A stretch of DNA of 64,000 nt from Erysipelotrichaceae bacterium (GTDB taxonomy: Bacteria; Bacillota_I; Bacilli_A; RFN20; CAG-826), in NCBI GenBank assembly GCA_015059185.1, contig SVAY01000003.1, forward strand, positions 15,251 to 79,250. Direction: 5' to 3'. Below, piece after piece: positions 47,904-60,772 of the stretch. The notes beneath the pieces are model-generated. The model had not been told where the DNA came from, made no database searches, and saw only the letters and a list, made by a program, of their open reading frames with translations. The position numbers were made by a program, and so were the translations under genes. Every line of letters begins with the position of its first letter. Within the stretch, counting starts at the first letter, position 1.

Positions 47904-48831
47904 TGTGTTCTCCTGTAATACTTTCTAGTTGATCTAGATATTTATCTTTATCGTGTAAGGCACATAGTGCATGAGCAGCATCGTCCACGATAATTTTATA
48001 TTTATTGCTTAAGCAATTATTATAATTATCCTCAAAAAACTTATTTATCGCAATACTATCTTTAGACGCGTGAACAAAAACACTAGGAATATGGTTTTTT
48101 TGTAACGATAAAGTGGTTGAAATATTATCCCAACTTATTCCTGCTAGACGCTTACTAAGCCATCTAACTGCACCTGCAAAAAAGAAACTTGGGACATGTT
48201 GAGAAGTCATGATATGTGTAGTTAATTCATTAACACTAGAAAACATACTTTCAAATATTAATAATTTAACTTTTTTATTAACGATTTTTTCTGAAGCATA
48301 CGCTAAAGCGGTTGCCCCCATACTAATACCATATAAATATATGTTATTAATCTTTTCATTTTGAGACACATAATCAAGCCAACTTAAAACATCTTTACTT
48401 TCTTTTTGACCATAAGTTACATATTTACCTTCACTACCTTCATGAGCTCTTTCGTTAATTGCTAAGATGTTATAGCCTTTAGCTAAGAAATATTTAATTT
48501 GATAACCAAAGTTATTAAAAGCATGGGTGTGTAAACCATGATACATAATAATGGTCTTATCACTATTATTAGCAAAATAATAACCAGTTAACTTAAGTCC
48601 GTCAAAAGAGGTAATAGAGACTATTTCGTATTTAGATGAATTTAATAATTCATTTCTAATCGATATCATCTCTTCGGCATAATCTTTAGAATAAGATGTT
48701 TTTCTACTACTTTTATCAATACTCTTTAATGAATTCCTACCAAAGAATTTAAGGAATATTAAATAGATCACAGAGAAATGAATGATGAGAGAAATAATGA
48801 TAAATGCGATAATAACGTATAACCAGACCAT
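47896..48831 (-). CDS. Membrane-anchored alpha/beta hydrolase (G-I-S-M-G nucleophile elbow); paralog of 43032..43976.
   Basis: An N-terminal TM helix, then LYGISMGATALAY, and NILAINERAHEGSEGKY. Confidence 0.6.
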   Translation of the reverse strand: MVWLYVIIAFIIISLIIHFSVIYLIFLKFFGRNSLKSIDKSSRKTSYSKDYAEEMISIRNELLNSSKYEIVSITSFDGLKLTGYYFANNSDKTIIMYHGLHTHAFNNFGYQIKYFLAKGYNILAINERAHEGSEGKYVTYGQKESKDVLSWLDYVSQNEKINNIYLYGISMGATALAYASEKIVNKKVKLLIFESMFSSVNELTTHIMTSQHVPSFFFAGAVRWLSKRLAGISWDNISTTLSLQKNHIPSVFVHASKDSIAINKFFEDNYNNCLSNKYKIIVDDAAHALCALHDKDKYLDQLESITGEHNE

Positions 48832-49487
48832 TACTTTTTCTTTCCTTCACTTAACATGAATTCTTGTAATTCTTTTTCTTTTTCTAATACCACTTCCGTC
48901 GCGCGTTTCATATCTTCACTCGTGATAGCAGTACCACTTTTAAAGCTACTAACGTCTAGAGGAGAGCCAATCGCGACTTCGAGTCTAGAATAAAAATGTT
49001 TACGTCTTTTGATATATAAAGGGATGATTGGAGCGTTCCCTCTCATCGCCATCATCACCATGCCACTTTTAAATTTATGGACCTCTTCATCAGTCTCATT
49101 AATCTTTCCTTCTGGGAACATGGTGACTAAATTACCTTGTTTTAAATTTGAGATGATTTCTTTTACCTGGGCTAAAGAGGTGTTACCTCGAGTAATACCA
49201 ATACATAAAAACCCTTTAGTAAATGCCCATTTTAAGAATTTATTCTTAAATAATTCATCCATACAAATGCAGTGATGTCTTCTAGATTTAATCGTGAGCA
49301 TCAAATACATGGGATCAAAAAGCGTGATGTGATTAGATATAACAAGCGCCCCGCCTTTAATGCGCTTTTTATCTTCTTTATGCAGGAAATATTTCTTTGG
49401 TCTAAACCAAAGTAAACCAGGTATCGCACTGAAACGAATAATATCGTATATCAAATATTTAAACGAAACGGCTCTATTTTTCTTCAT
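48831..49487 (-). CDS. 1-acyl-sn-glycerol-3-phosphate / lysophospholipid acyltransferase (PlsC family)
   Basis: The acyltransferase motifs are SNHITLFDP (NHxxxxD) and FPEGKINE (FPEG). Confidence 0.7.
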   Translation of the reverse strand: MKKNRAVSFKYLIYDIIRFSAIPGLLWFRPKKYFLHKEDKKRIKGGALVISNHITLFDPMYLMLTIKSRRHHCICMDELFKNKFLKWAFTKGFLCIGITRGNTSLAQVKEIISNLKQGNLVTMFPEGKINETDEEVHKFKSGMVMMAMRGNAPIIPLYIKRRKHFYSRLEVAIGSPLDVSSFKSGTAITSEDMKRATEVVLEKEKELQEFMLSEGKKK

Positions 49488-50100
49488 ATAATTTTCCTAA
49501 TTCAATGATTTTGTTTCTTAAGATATTGGTAATATTTTTGACGTTTTCCTTTTCATTTATAGAAGCATCATAAAAATCTCTGACGTTAATTGGTTTACCA
49601 ATAAGAACGCCAATTCTCTTCTTTTTAAAATAGCCGCCTGTTATATAGGTAGGAATAATCTTCACTCCCGTTTCTAAAGCAAGTAAAGCTGCACTTTCCT
49701 TAAAAGGAAGAGGAGATGATTCACCCTTTTTAGGTAAGCGTGATTCAGGGAATATACCTACTATTCCACCTTTAGATAATATCTTTTTACTTTTATCCAT
49801 AAATGAGAAATCATATGTATCACGATTCACATAGATTCCACCCATGCATTTAAGAAATAATCCTAATAATTTCTTTTTATAAAGAACTTCCGCCATTTGA
49901 TAACGTAAAGTTCTAAAGAAATAGACAAACAAAAATACCGCGTAGTCATAGACAGAAGTATGGTTAGAGATAATAATCGAAGGTCCTTTTAATCTTCTTG
50001 ACTGCACTTTCTTATCTTCATATTTAATCTTCCATCGACAAATGATCTTCGCAGGAAGCCATCCAGTTATTTTTACAAAATAATTAAATAGAGCAATCAT
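49474..50100 (-). CDS. Second PlsC-family acyltransferase
   Basis: The motifs are ISNHTSVYD, YVNR and IFPESRLP. Confidence 0.6.
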   Translation of the reverse strand: MIALFNYFVKITGWLPAKIICRWKIKYEDKKVQSRRLKGPSIIISNHTSVYDYAVFLFVYFFRTLRYQMAEVLYKKKLLGLFLKCMGGIYVNRDTYDFSFMDKSKKILSKGGIVGIFPESRLPKKGESSPLPFKESAALLALETGVKIIPTYITGGYFKKKRIGVLIGKPINVRDFYDASINEKENVKNITNILRNKIIELGKLYEEK

Positions 50101-52010
50101 AGTTGCTCCTTAATGAAATTAGCAATATCTGAAGCGCTTTTTAACGTTACTCCACTAGCCTCATCAACAATCTGCACTTCGAATTCGTCATATATAGAAG
50201 AAGCAATAGCGAAATAATCTAAACTATTCGCGCCTAAATCAAGCATGATATCTTTATTTACATCAACTTTATCTAATACCAAGATGTCTTTAATAATATT
50301 TACCGCTTTATCTAATACCGCATCTTTTATTTCTTGATTCTCTTCTTTATCTAAAGAGGCAACTAATAATTTATTATTAATATAATCTCTAGCAAGTCTT
50401 TTACGGTTGATCTTAAATTCGTCACCTTTTAAGAATGATTCTTTTATATAAACTGTTTTACTAATTAAAGTCGCAAGGTTGTTTTCTTTAATTTTTTCCT
50501 TCATGCGTTTATCTAAATCAATAAGCTTATCTAACGTAATATATTTATTTACTTCAACTAATAACGTCACCTTCTTATTATCATCTAGGATTAAAGCGAG
50601 GTTAGGAGTATCAATTAGTCTCACTCTATCTTCGATAATGTTAGGGTTAAGGTTTTCGCCGTTAGAAGCAATGATTAAATCATCTTCCCTACCTAAGAAA
50701 TAATAACGACCATTTTTATATTCCATTAAGTCATGAGTATTGAAATACTCATCATCTTTACGATATTCCTTATGATGGTTGGAGATGATGTATCTTGCAA
50801 GAGTATCTCCTTTAACGAGTAATTCATTTTGTTCATTAATCTTATAAGATAGACCGGTTAATGGTTTACCAATAGAAGCATCCACTAAATAGTTATAATT
50901 AGATGAAAGATCAACTGAGGTAATACCAATCTCTGTCATTCCATATCCGCTAGTAAGTTCATAGCCAATAGAATTAAAGAAAGATAAAACATCTTTAGAG
51001 ATGACGCTTCCTCCACTAATAAAAATGGAAATGGAATCTTTAAACATTTCTTCCCTTATTTCTTTAAACGCTACTTTTGAGAATAATTTACCTAAAGAAG
51101 AATTACCAAGCTTACGTCTAATCTCCATTCCTTTAAGGAATTTGTTATAAGTCTTTTCTCCTCTTTTCTTGATTCCTTTAATCGCCACTTCATAAGTCTT
51201 CTGCCAGAATAAAGGAACGGCAAAGATATGAGTCACTTCATGTTTAAGAATCGTATTTTTAATCGTTTGAGGCGATAAATCATTTAGTCCCACAAACGTG
51301 CGTGAATAAAAACTAAACCAAGTATAGACAGCGATAAAGCCAAATATATGATAAAGAGGAAGGAAAGTTAATAATTTAAGTTCACCTTTATAATGACGTT
51401 TAACATTTTTACTAGCTTGAATGATTTCGGCACTTTGTTTTAATACACCTTTTATTTCTTTTGCAGTATAAGCGGAGATCTTAACGTTCTCACTTGTCCC
51501 ACTCGACATAAAAAGGATTTCTTCTCCAAATTTATTTAATGTATCTTTCTCTTCTAACTTTAATAAGTCTTTATAGAATATATAGTTGGTCTCAAATTTC
51601 TTATGATTAGAAATCACTAATTCACATTCTGTTTCTTTCATCGCTTCGTAAAGCGAAGTGTCATCAAGACGAACATTAAGTAATAAAGGACGATGTCCAC
51701 TTCTAAGGATTGCCCAAAAAGTTTCAATCCAAGTTAAGTCATTATCTAAATAGATGCCAATAACAGATTGAGGTTTAAGATTTAAAGAAGCAATCTTTCT
51801 AGAAAGAGAAATGATGTTATTTTTACTTTCTAAATAAGTAACGCGTTTAATATCAAATCCATAGGTATATTCATAGATGATGTTATTACCTTCAGAGAAC
51901 ATTAGTTCAAATAAAGCATCAAAAGAAGCTTCACTATTATCTAATGAAGCTAATTTATATTTTACAAAGGCATTAATTGATGAATACTCACCAAGATTAT
52001 GATATTTCAT
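50097..52010 (-). CDS. Acyl-AMP ligase (adenylate-forming) fused to a C-terminal acyl-carrier-protein domain (FAAL/Aas-synthetase-like)
   Basis: The AMP-binding core is MSSGTSENVKISAYTAKE ... YGMTEIG ... (the A8-motif lysine after GREDD). The C-terminal 80 aa carry the phosphopantetheine-attachment motif DLGANSLDYF (LGxDSL-like). Confidence 0.6.
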   Translation of the reverse strand: MKYHNLGEYSSINAFVKYKLASLDNSEASFDALFELMFSEGNNIIYEYTYGFDIKRVTYLESKNNIISLSRKIASLNLKPQSVIGIYLDNDLTWIETFWAILRSGHRPLLLNVRLDDTSLYEAMKETECELVISNHKKFETNYIFYKDLLKLEEKDTLNKFGEEILFMSSGTSENVKISAYTAKEIKGVLKQSAEIIQASKNVKRHYKGELKLLTFLPLYHIFGFIAVYTWFSFYSRTFVGLNDLSPQTIKNTILKHEVTHIFAVPLFWQKTYEVAIKGIKKRGEKTYNKFLKGMEIRRKLGNSSLGKLFSKVAFKEIREEMFKDSISIFISGGSVISKDVLSFFNSIGYELTSGYGMTEIGITSVDLSSNYNYLVDASIGKPLTGLSYKINEQNELLVKGDTLARYIISNHHKEYRKDDEYFNTHDLMEYKNGRYYFLGREDDLIIASNGENLNPNIIEDRVRLIDTPNLALILDDNKKVTLLVEVNKYITLDKLIDLDKRMKEKIKENNLATLISKTVYIKESFLKGDEFKINRKRLARDYINNKLLVASLDKEENQEIKDAVLDKAVNIIKDILVLDKVDVNKDIMLDLGANSLDYFAIASSIYDEFEVQIVDEASGVTLKSASDIANFIKEQL

Positions 52011-52056
52011 ACATAATAAAATACCATTAAATGATGGTATTTGTTAATAGATAAAT

Positions 52057-52473
52057 TTATTTATCTTCTTTGACAACTCGACGATCTTCTTGACCGTTAG
52101 CGATGAAAGCAAAGACGGAAGCAACGATGTTAACTTCAACACAGCTAATAACGCCAAAGACAATATTTAAAACCGCTAAAGAAGTAGATGGTCTATCTTT
52201 CTTAGAGGCAATAAATGAGAAGACTGAGTTAATAATAGCTGCAGCCATCCAGATGAAGAATGGAACACTAATAGCAGCGAAAACACCTTGGAATTCTGCT
52301 AATGTGATATTGGAACTAATAGTACCATCAGCAACACCTCTATTGTAGGCTTCTACGAAAGCATCGGTATTTGGTAAAATAACGAAAATTAAAGCAGTAA
52401 TTAAAAATCCAACTGCCGCAACGATGGATAAAATACCACCGACGAGATAAATGATTTTTGAAGCTTTTCTCAT
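52057..52473 (-). CDS. Small membrane protein (three to four TM segments), hypothetical.
   Basis: 138 aa, hydrophobic. Confidence 0.4.
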   Translation of the reverse strand: MRKASKIIYLVGGILSIVAAVGFLITALIFVILPNTDAFVEAYNRGVADGTISSNITLAEFQGVFAAISVPFFIWMAAAIINSVFSFIASKKDRPSTSLAVLNIVFGVISCVEVNIVASVFAFIANGQEDRRVVKEDK

Positions 52474-52535
52474 AAAACTTCCTCCTATAACTAATAAGAT
52501 TTTAACATAGTAAAATCTGTATTTATATATTTTCT

Positions 52536-53444
52536 TTAAGCAACGTATGCGTATAAATCGTAATTATGTGTGATTGGAGTATCAAAATCAAATGGAGTAG
52601 GGATAGGGGCTGTCACCTCTTCTGTCCATTCATAATATGTGCCTTCTTCTTTGCCCTCTATTTGAATTAATAACTTTTCAACTTTATCTCCAGGCCTAAC
52701 ATCCACTGTTTGCATTTTTTGAGTTCCACTCTCTTCATAAAAGAAGGACACTTGAAGAGCATCTTCGTATTTTGCATAAAGAGAGAAACTATTTGTAATA
52801 GGGGTATTATCAAAGTCAAACGGAGTATCATCGTTTAAAGATACATACCAACCATCAAAGTAATATCCTTTCTTCTTTGTCGCATTAGGAGCTTCGCATA
52901 ACTCCCCTTCGTTTACTATCACTGTAGCATATAGGTTTTCATCGATATAAAAGCTAAGCTCGTATTGATTTACTACCGAAGATACCTCTATTGAGCTTGA
53001 TTCACTAGATATAGATGAAGGAGGTTCACTACTATCTTCAATAGAAGATAATCCACTAGTCACACCATCAGAACTACTAGGATCTTCACTAGAAGTTACT
53101 TCACTAGTTGTTCGAGAATTTTCTTCATTTAATTTAACACTTGAATAGGTAACTAACGTCGCACCTCCTACAAGTACCACTGAACTAATACCATAAAATG
53201 CTAGATAATTTTGTAATAACTTTTTATTAATTTGTTTTAAGATTCTCTTTACTGTTCTAAGTAAAAGCTTAACAGTTTTCTCTTTTTGCTTTTCTTCCTT
53301 AGTCTTAGCTTTTTCTTCCTCTTTATATATTCTTTTAAGAATGAAGTTAGAGATAGTAAAAATAGTGATTGAAAGAACACTGATGCCAGTTAAGATGATT
53401 CCAATAACTAAAAGCGTTTTATTCATTTGAGTGTATTTTACCAA
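52536..53444 (-). CDS. Membrane-anchored surface protein with a Ser-rich linker and two Listeria-Bacteroides (Flg_new) repeats
   Basis: An N-terminal TM helix, an S/E-rich low-complexity linker, then KKGYYFDGWYVSLNDDTPFDFDNTPITNSFSLYAKY and a second degenerate repeat. Confidence 0.5.
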   Translation of the reverse strand: MVKYTQMNKTLLVIGIILTGISVLSITIFTISNFILKRIYKEEEKAKTKEEKQKEKTVKLLLRTVKRILKQINKKLLQNYLAFYGISSVVLVGGATLVTYSSVKLNEENSRTTSEVTSSEDPSSSDGVTSGLSSIEDSSEPPSSISSESSSIEVSSVVNQYELSFYIDENLYATVIVNEGELCEAPNATKKKGYYFDGWYVSLNDDTPFDFDNTPITNSFSLYAKYEDALQVSFFYEESGTQKMQTVDVRPGDKVEKLLIQIEGKEEGTYYEWTEEVTAPIPTPFDFDTPITHNYDLYAYVA

Positions 53445-53487
53445 AACTTATATTAATATTTTAGATAAAATAACTGATAATAATTGT

Positions 53488-54861
53488 ATGGCATTAAACT
53501 ATTTAGAACTAAACGAAATTTCTAATGAGATAATTGATAAAATTAGAGGCAATCATATCGCTAATATTTCTTTGATTAATTCAAGCGATGTGATTCTTAC
53601 TTTTTCCTTTTATCGTAAAGAGAAATTATTAATCTCACTTAACCATAACTATCCTTTAATTGGTATGGTTGATAAAGATATCAGTTTTCCTACTATTTTA
53701 AATAAACTTAGTGATGAATTACGTAAGCATATCAAAGACACAATTGTGACTGATATTAGGTGTGTTGAAAAAGAAAGAATAATTGAGATAATCCTACAAA
53801 AAACCGACGAATTCTATGTAAAACGCGAATATTTTTTAATTTTAGAGCTTATTCCACATCATCAAAACTTACTCATATTAGATGATAATAGAACTATTCT
53901 TTTTGCGAATAGATACACCTCTTTAACCGATAAAAGAATCATCATTAAGGGTATGAAATATGAGCTTCCAATAAAGCAAGAATCGAATAAAGAATTAAGC
54001 GTGAATCTAGAAGCATATAGAGACTATTTAAAAGAATATTTATCTACCTCAATGTCGCTCAGACTAAAAGAAAAGTATTCTAAGTTAATTGATACGATTA
54101 AAAGGAAGATTAAAACTGCTACTAATAAGACTGATGTATTAACTAAAGAAATAGAAGAAGCAAAAACAAAGATTGTCTATCAAGAATATGGAACTACTCT
54201 TCTAACTATGAAAGACGATAAGGAATTTATTGAACAATATATTAAAGATAATAACGTTCCTATCGACACTACCAAAAGTTATATAGATAACGCAAATATC
54301 CTCTTTAAAAAATATAAAAAGAGCAAAGAAACTATTACTCGTGATAATGAACAATTAGAGTTAAATAAAGAGTTATTAGATAAACTCAATAATGATTTAA
54401 GTAGTTTAAATGATGCTGATGAAAGTCTATATCTATTCTTAGCTAGTGAATATCTAAAATCACCTATTCCTAAATCTGAAGTAAATAAGCTCGCTCCATT
54501 TTATGTCACGATTGACGGCACTAAAATTGCGTTTGGTAGGAATGCGGTTCAAAATGATTTATTAACATTTAAAAAAGCTCAAAAAGATAATTATTTCTTT
54601 CATATTAAAGATCAAGCTGGATCTCATGTTGTCATCTTAAAAAAGAATCCTAATGATAACGATAAAACTAATGCTAGTGAATTATGTTTAGCTTTAGTTA
54701 ATAAAGAAGCAGGCGAAGTACAAATGGCAGAAATTAGAGACATTAAAAAAGGCCAATTCCTCGGCCAAGTATTATTTAATCATTATACTGTTATTAGAAT
54801 TAACAAAGTTAAGGATAAGATCAAGGTTGCTCTTAATAAAGTATCACGCATTAACCTTTAA
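53488..54861 (+). CDS. rqcH: Rqc2-homolog RqcH / FbpA (NFACT-family ribosome quality-control protein)
   Basis: An NFACT-N-like N-terminus and the NFACT-R/DUF814 block FYVTIDGTKIAFGRNAVQNDLLTFKKAQKDNYFFHIKDQAGSHVVILKK. The start is set at MALNYLEL to avoid overlap with the divergent gene. Confidence 0.65.
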   Translation: MALNYLELNEISNEIIDKIRGNHIANISLINSSDVILTFSFYRKEKLLISLNHNYPLIGMVDKDISFPTILNKLSDELRKHIKDTIVTDIRCVEKERIIEIILQKTDEFYVKREYFLILELIPHHQNLLILDDNRTILFANRYTSLTDKRIIIKGMKYELPIKQESNKELSVNLEAYRDYLKEYLSTSMSLRLKEKYSKLIDTIKRKIKTATNKTDVLTKEIEEAKTKIVYQEYGTTLLTMKDDKEFIEQYIKDNNVPIDTTKSYIDNANILFKKYKKSKETITRDNEQLELNKELLDKLNNDLSSLNDADESLYLFLASEYLKSPIPKSEVNKLAPFYVTIDGTKIAFGRNAVQNDLLTFKKAQKDNYFFHIKDQAGSHVVILKKNPNDNDKTNASELCLALVNKEAGEVQMAEIRDIKKGQFLGQVLFNHYTVIRINKVKDKIKVALNKVSRINL

Positions 54862-55374
54862 GCTTCTCATTTTTTAAAAAGTCAGGTCCTTTTATACATT
54901 CGCTGGTCGCAAGATTAGCGAATTTTTGTTGTCTCAGCACTTCATAAGCAACAAGCGCAACACAGTTAGAAAGATTTAAACTTCTTGCATCAGGTACCAT
55001 AGGGATACGGTAAACACGATCAAAATGTTCTCTTAATAAGTCATGAGGTATGCCAGTTGATTCTCTTCCAAACATTAAATAATAATCTTTACTTGAATCA
55101 CTATAATCATAACTTGAATAAACATTATCTCCATATCTAGAGATATAAGATATATCAGCATATTTATGAGTGTTAACAAATTCTTCTAAATTATTATAGT
55201 AGGTTAGTTTTAAATCATCGATATAGTCCATACCAACACGCTTTAAATCTTTTGAATCAATAGAAAAAGTTAATGGTCCAATTATATGTAGATGTGCATT
55301 TATAGCAACACACGTACGCATAATGTTACCAGTGTTTTGAGGTTTTTCTGGTTGATATAAAACGATATGAATCA

Positions 55375-55375
<1 letters not shown>
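54851..55375 (-). CDS. trmL: SpoU/TrmL-family tRNA 2'-O-methyltransferase
   Basis: A SPOUT fold of 174 aa with the N-terminus IVLYQPEKPQNTGNIMRTC. Confidence 0.65.
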
Positions 55376-57185
<1,810 letters not shown>

Positions 57186-57193
57186 CTATCCTC

Positions 57194-58042
57194 CTAAAGT
57201 GCATTAGCTGCGGCAGCAATCTCAATGATTTCTTGAGTAATCGCTGCTTGACGTGCTTTATTAAATTCAATTTGTAAATTGCTGAGTAATTCTTCTGCGT
57301 TATCAGTCGCGTTCTCCATCGCATTACTACGTGAGGCTTGTTCACAAACTTCACTCTCTAAAATACAGGAATACATGACGTTATTGATAACGAATGGAAT
57401 GAGTGTTTCCACTAACATATCTTTACTAGGTTCAAGTAAAGGTGGACAACCTACAACCTTACGATTTTCATCATCGTTAGCAAGAGGTAATATCACCATA
57501 TCTTTACTAGTAAATACGATTGGATTAGTGTACTCGGTATAAATGATGTGAACTTCTTTATATTCACCCTTTTTATAAACATCGATTATATAGTCAGAAA
57601 GTGTTCTAATAATAGCAGCGTTCTTAATGGATTCATATTTCCCAAAGCCTTCTAAAGTATTGAATTCCCCATTCACAAAGTGAATTGTTCCTTTCTTTCC
57701 TAAGATAATCGCATCATCTTCTTTTTTAATTGTTGATTCCACTAATTTAAAGACATTAGAGTTATACGCTCCACATAACCCTAAACTAGAAGTCACAACG
57801 ATATATAGATTCTTTTGAGCCTCTTTATTACCTTTAACCAAAACATTATCGACATCAGTTAAGTAATCAAAAACACAATCAGAAGCTTTTTTCACTTCTA
57901 AAGCATAACGCTTATTAGCAATCATCTTACTCTTCCAAGTTCTAAGTTTGACACTTGAAACGAGTTTCATCGCACTAGTAACTTTATAAGCGCCTGTTAC
58001 AGAACGGATTCTAGATTTGATTTTAGTAATGTTTTGACTCAT
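57194..58042 (-). CDS. atpG: F1 ATP synthase gamma subunit
   Basis: 282 aa, with the C-terminal helix QAAITQEIIEI. Confidence 0.85.
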   Translation of the reverse strand: MSQNITKIKSRIRSVTGAYKVTSAMKLVSSVKLRTWKSKMIANKRYALEVKKASDCVFDYLTDVDNVLVKGNKEAQKNLYIVVTSSLGLCGAYNSNVFKLVESTIKKEDDAIILGKKGTIHFVNGEFNTLEGFGKYESIKNAAIIRTLSDYIIDVYKKGEYKEVHIIYTEYTNPIVFTSKDMVILPLANDDENRKVVGCPPLLEPSKDMLVETLIPFVINNVMYSCILESEVCEQASRSNAMENATDNAEELLSNLQIEFNKARQAAITQEIIEIAAAANAL

Positions 58043-59679
58043 TATTCTTCTTCTCTTTGATAAATTTTCGCGACATCACCACCGCCTGCGCCTTTTGCGC
58101 CAGCTTCCGCAGATGCAGCTTTCTTTCTATTGGCTATCCTAGCCTTTTCAGTTTTGCCGTCATTCATATAGTCTTTTTTATAAATTTTTAGGAAATCACT
58201 TATATTTCCTTTCAATTTTTCTTCCATTTCTGGGGAGATGACCTTATCTTTAGCAATTGAAGCAATAACTTCTGGGTTTTTGTTTTCGAGGTATTTGTAT
58301 CCTGCTTCTAATAATGCTTTAACATTTTGAAGTGATACATCATCAATATATTTGTTCTTCGCCATATATAATTCGTAGATTTCTCTAGTTAAAGAATATG
58401 GCGCGTATTGTCCTTGACGTAAGACTCTCATGAGCACTTCACCGTGGCGGATAATACCTTGAGTGGATTCGTCTAAATCACTACCGAATTGAGCGAATGA
58501 TTTCATTTCGTTAAAGTTCGCTAAATCAATCTTTAAGCTACGAGCAACTTGTTTCATCGCTTTAGTTTGGGCATCGCCACCAACACGGGAGACACTTAAA
58601 CCAGCATCAATAGCAGGTCTTTGACCAGCATTGAATAAATCAGTAACTAAGAAGATTTGACCATCGGTAATAGAAATAATATTGGTTGGAATATAAGCAG
58701 AGATATCTCCAGATTGCGTTTCAACAATTGGTAAAGCAGTAATCGAACCTCCACCATTTTCTTCATTGAGCTTACACGCTCTTTCAAGTAAACGGCTATG
58801 GAGATAGAAAACATCACCTGGATAGGCTTCTCTACCTGGAGAACGTTTAAGTAATAAACTTAAAGCACGGTAAGCAACCGCGTGTTTACTTAAATCGTCA
58901 TAGACGATTAAGACATCTTTTCCTTGTGACATGAATTCTTCGGCGATCGCGCATCCAGCATATGGGGCAACATATAATAATGGAGCAGGCTCGCTAGCAG
59001 TAGCAGCAACAACGATTGTATATTTTAAAGCATCGTGGCTCTTAAGTTTATCAACGATTTGAGCAACTGTAGAATTCTTTTGGCCAATAGCAACATAAAT
59101 GCAAATGACATCTTTTCCCTTTTGATTGATGATAGTGTCGATAGCAATCGCTGTTTTACCAGTTTGTCTATCACCAATAATAAGTTCTCTTTGGCCTCTT
59201 CCGATAGGAGTAATTGCATCAATCATCGTAATACCAGTTTCTAAAGGTGTATCAACACTCTTACGAGTCATAACACCTGGTGCAATAACTTCGATTGGAC
59301 GGGTCTTAGTTGTTTTTATATCGCCCTTACCATCAAGTGGCTGACCGAGCGCATTAACAACTCTTCCAAGCATAGCTTCCCCAACAGGAACTTCCATAAC
59401 TCTTTTGGTTCTTTTGACTTCGTCACCTTCTTTAACTAAAGAGTCATTACCTAAAAGCACGACACCAACGTGATCCGCTTCTAAGTTCATGACTAAACCA
59501 TATACATTATGTGGGAAGACTAATAATTCTCCATTCATGACCGCATCAAGTCCGTAGACAAGAGCGATACCATCACCAACGGAGACAACGCTTCCTACGT
59601 CGTTAGAATCGACTTTATTCTTATAGGATTTAATCTGTTCTTTAATTAAGGCACTTATTTCATTTGCGTTTATCTTCAT
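58042..59679 (-). CDS. atpA: F1 ATP synthase alpha subunit, with a roughly 40-aa basic/Gly-rich C-terminal extension
   Basis: Contains GDRQTGKT (P-loop). The product is 545 aa against about 505 aa in typical alpha subunits, and the tail is ...[32 protein letters not shown]. Confidence 0.9.
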   Translation of the reverse strand: MKINANEISALIKEQIKSYKNKVDSNDVGSVVSVGDGIALVYGLDAVMNGELLVFPHNVYGLVMNLEADHVGVVLLGNDSLVKEGDEVKRTKRVMEVPVGEAMLGRVVNALGQPLDGKGDIKTTKTRPIEVIAPGVMTRKSVDTPLETGITMIDAITPIGRGQRELIIGDRQTGKTAIAIDTIINQKGKDVICIYVAIGQKNSTVAQIVDKLKSHDALKYTIVVAATASEPAPLLYVAPYAGCAIAEEFMSQGKDVLIVYDDLSKHAVAYRALSLLLKRSPGREAYPGDVFYLHSRLLERACKLNEENGGGSITALPIVETQSGDISAYIPTNIISITDGQIFLVTDLFNAGQRPAIDAGLSVSRVGGDAQTKAMKQVARSLKIDLANFNEMKSFAQFGSDLDESTQGIIRHGEVLMRVLRQGQYAPYSLTREIYELYMAKNKYIDDVSLQNVKALLEAGYKYLENKNPEVIASIAKDKVISPEMEEKLKGNISDFLKIYKKDYMNDGKTEKARIANRKKAASAEAGAKGAGGGDVAKIYQREEE

Positions 59680-59689
59680 ATTTTGCCCT

Positions 59690-60217
59690 CTACTTTAATA
59701 AACTTTCTTTTAATTTTGCTAAGTGTGATTTAATACTGCCATCATATATATGACCGTCAATTACTACTCTCACACCTCCGATAAGGGTTGGATCAATGAT
59801 GTTCGTGAGATCAACTTCCACCTTCTCCACTTCACTTATCTTTTTAGTAATTTTCTCTAATGTCTTATCATCTAATCTATAAGTTGAATATAATAGACCT
59901 TCTTTTACTCCTCGACTCTCATTCGCGAAACTGTTATAAGCTAATAAAGTATCTAAAATAAATCTTTCTCGATGGTTCTTCACCAATAGCTTAATTAAAT
60001 TAATGATGTTAGGATTAACACCCTTAAAAGTCTTATCAAGCATCTCCTCTTTCTCTTCTAAAGAGAGGAATGCACTATTAAGGACATCTAAAAATTCTCT
60101 ATTTTCGAGTAATAGTTTATAAATAACTTTAACTTCAGCTTGCCATTCATTAACTTTATTAGAATCAATAGCAATGCTATATAAGCCCTGAGCGTAGCGA
60201 GAAGCAATTTCGTTCAT
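59690..60217 (-). CDS. atpH: F1 ATP synthase delta subunit (OSCP)
   Basis: 175 aa, between atpF and atpA. Confidence 0.75.
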   Translation of the reverse strand: MNEIASRYAQGLYSIAIDSNKVNEWQAEVKVIYKLLLENREFLDVLNSAFLSLEEKEEMLDKTFKGVNPNIINLIKLLVKNHRERFILDTLLAYNSFANESRGVKEGLLYSTYRLDDKTLEKITKKISEVEKVEVDLTNIIDPTLIGGVRVVIDGHIYDGSIKSHLAKLKESLLK

Positions 60218-60753
60218 TATTTATCCATGCTCCTTATAAATTCTTCTGCGAGTTTCTCGTTATCTTTAGTGTTAACGTTACGAGAAAGAATTTCGCTTGA
60301 AGCATCTAAAGCGAGATTGACCATTTCTTTTCTAATCTCTTCTTTAGCGTCTTCTTTTGATTGCTCGATGTCCGCTTCTGCATCAAGTTTCATCTTCGTC
60401 ACCATAGAAGAGGTTTCTTCCATAATACGATTTCTTTCAGCTTCTGCATCAAGCTTTGCTTGAGCAATAATCTCATTCGCTTTTCTATTTGATTCAGTTA
60501 ATGTTTCTTCACTCTTGATGATGTTATCGTTAGCACGTGATTTAGCAAGTTCACTTTGCTTGATATTTTCATCAATGTAGTCTTGACGAGTCTTGATAAT
60601 CTTCTTCACTGGTTTATAAGCAAAATAGATTACCACACCCACTAAGACAAGGAAGGCAGCAAGTTGCACGAGAAAACTAGTCCAGTTAGGAATTAGTTTC
60701 GATACGATATCTTGTAACCCTTCGGCTAAATCTACCAATGCGGTTAGATTCAT
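60217..60753 (-). CDS. atpF: Fo ATP synthase b subunit
   Basis: An N-terminal TM helix plus a long charged helix. Confidence 0.75.
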   Translation of the reverse strand: MNLTALVDLAEGLQDIVSKLIPNWTSFLVQLAAFLVLVGVVIYFAYKPVKKIIKTRQDYIDENIKQSELAKSRANDNIIKSEETLTESNRKANEIIAQAKLDAEAERNRIMEETSSMVTKMKLDAEADIEQSKEDAKEEIRKEMVNLALDASSEILSRNVNTKDNEKLAEEFIRSMDK

Positions 60754-60772
60754 AATTTAGCCCTCCTTTCTC

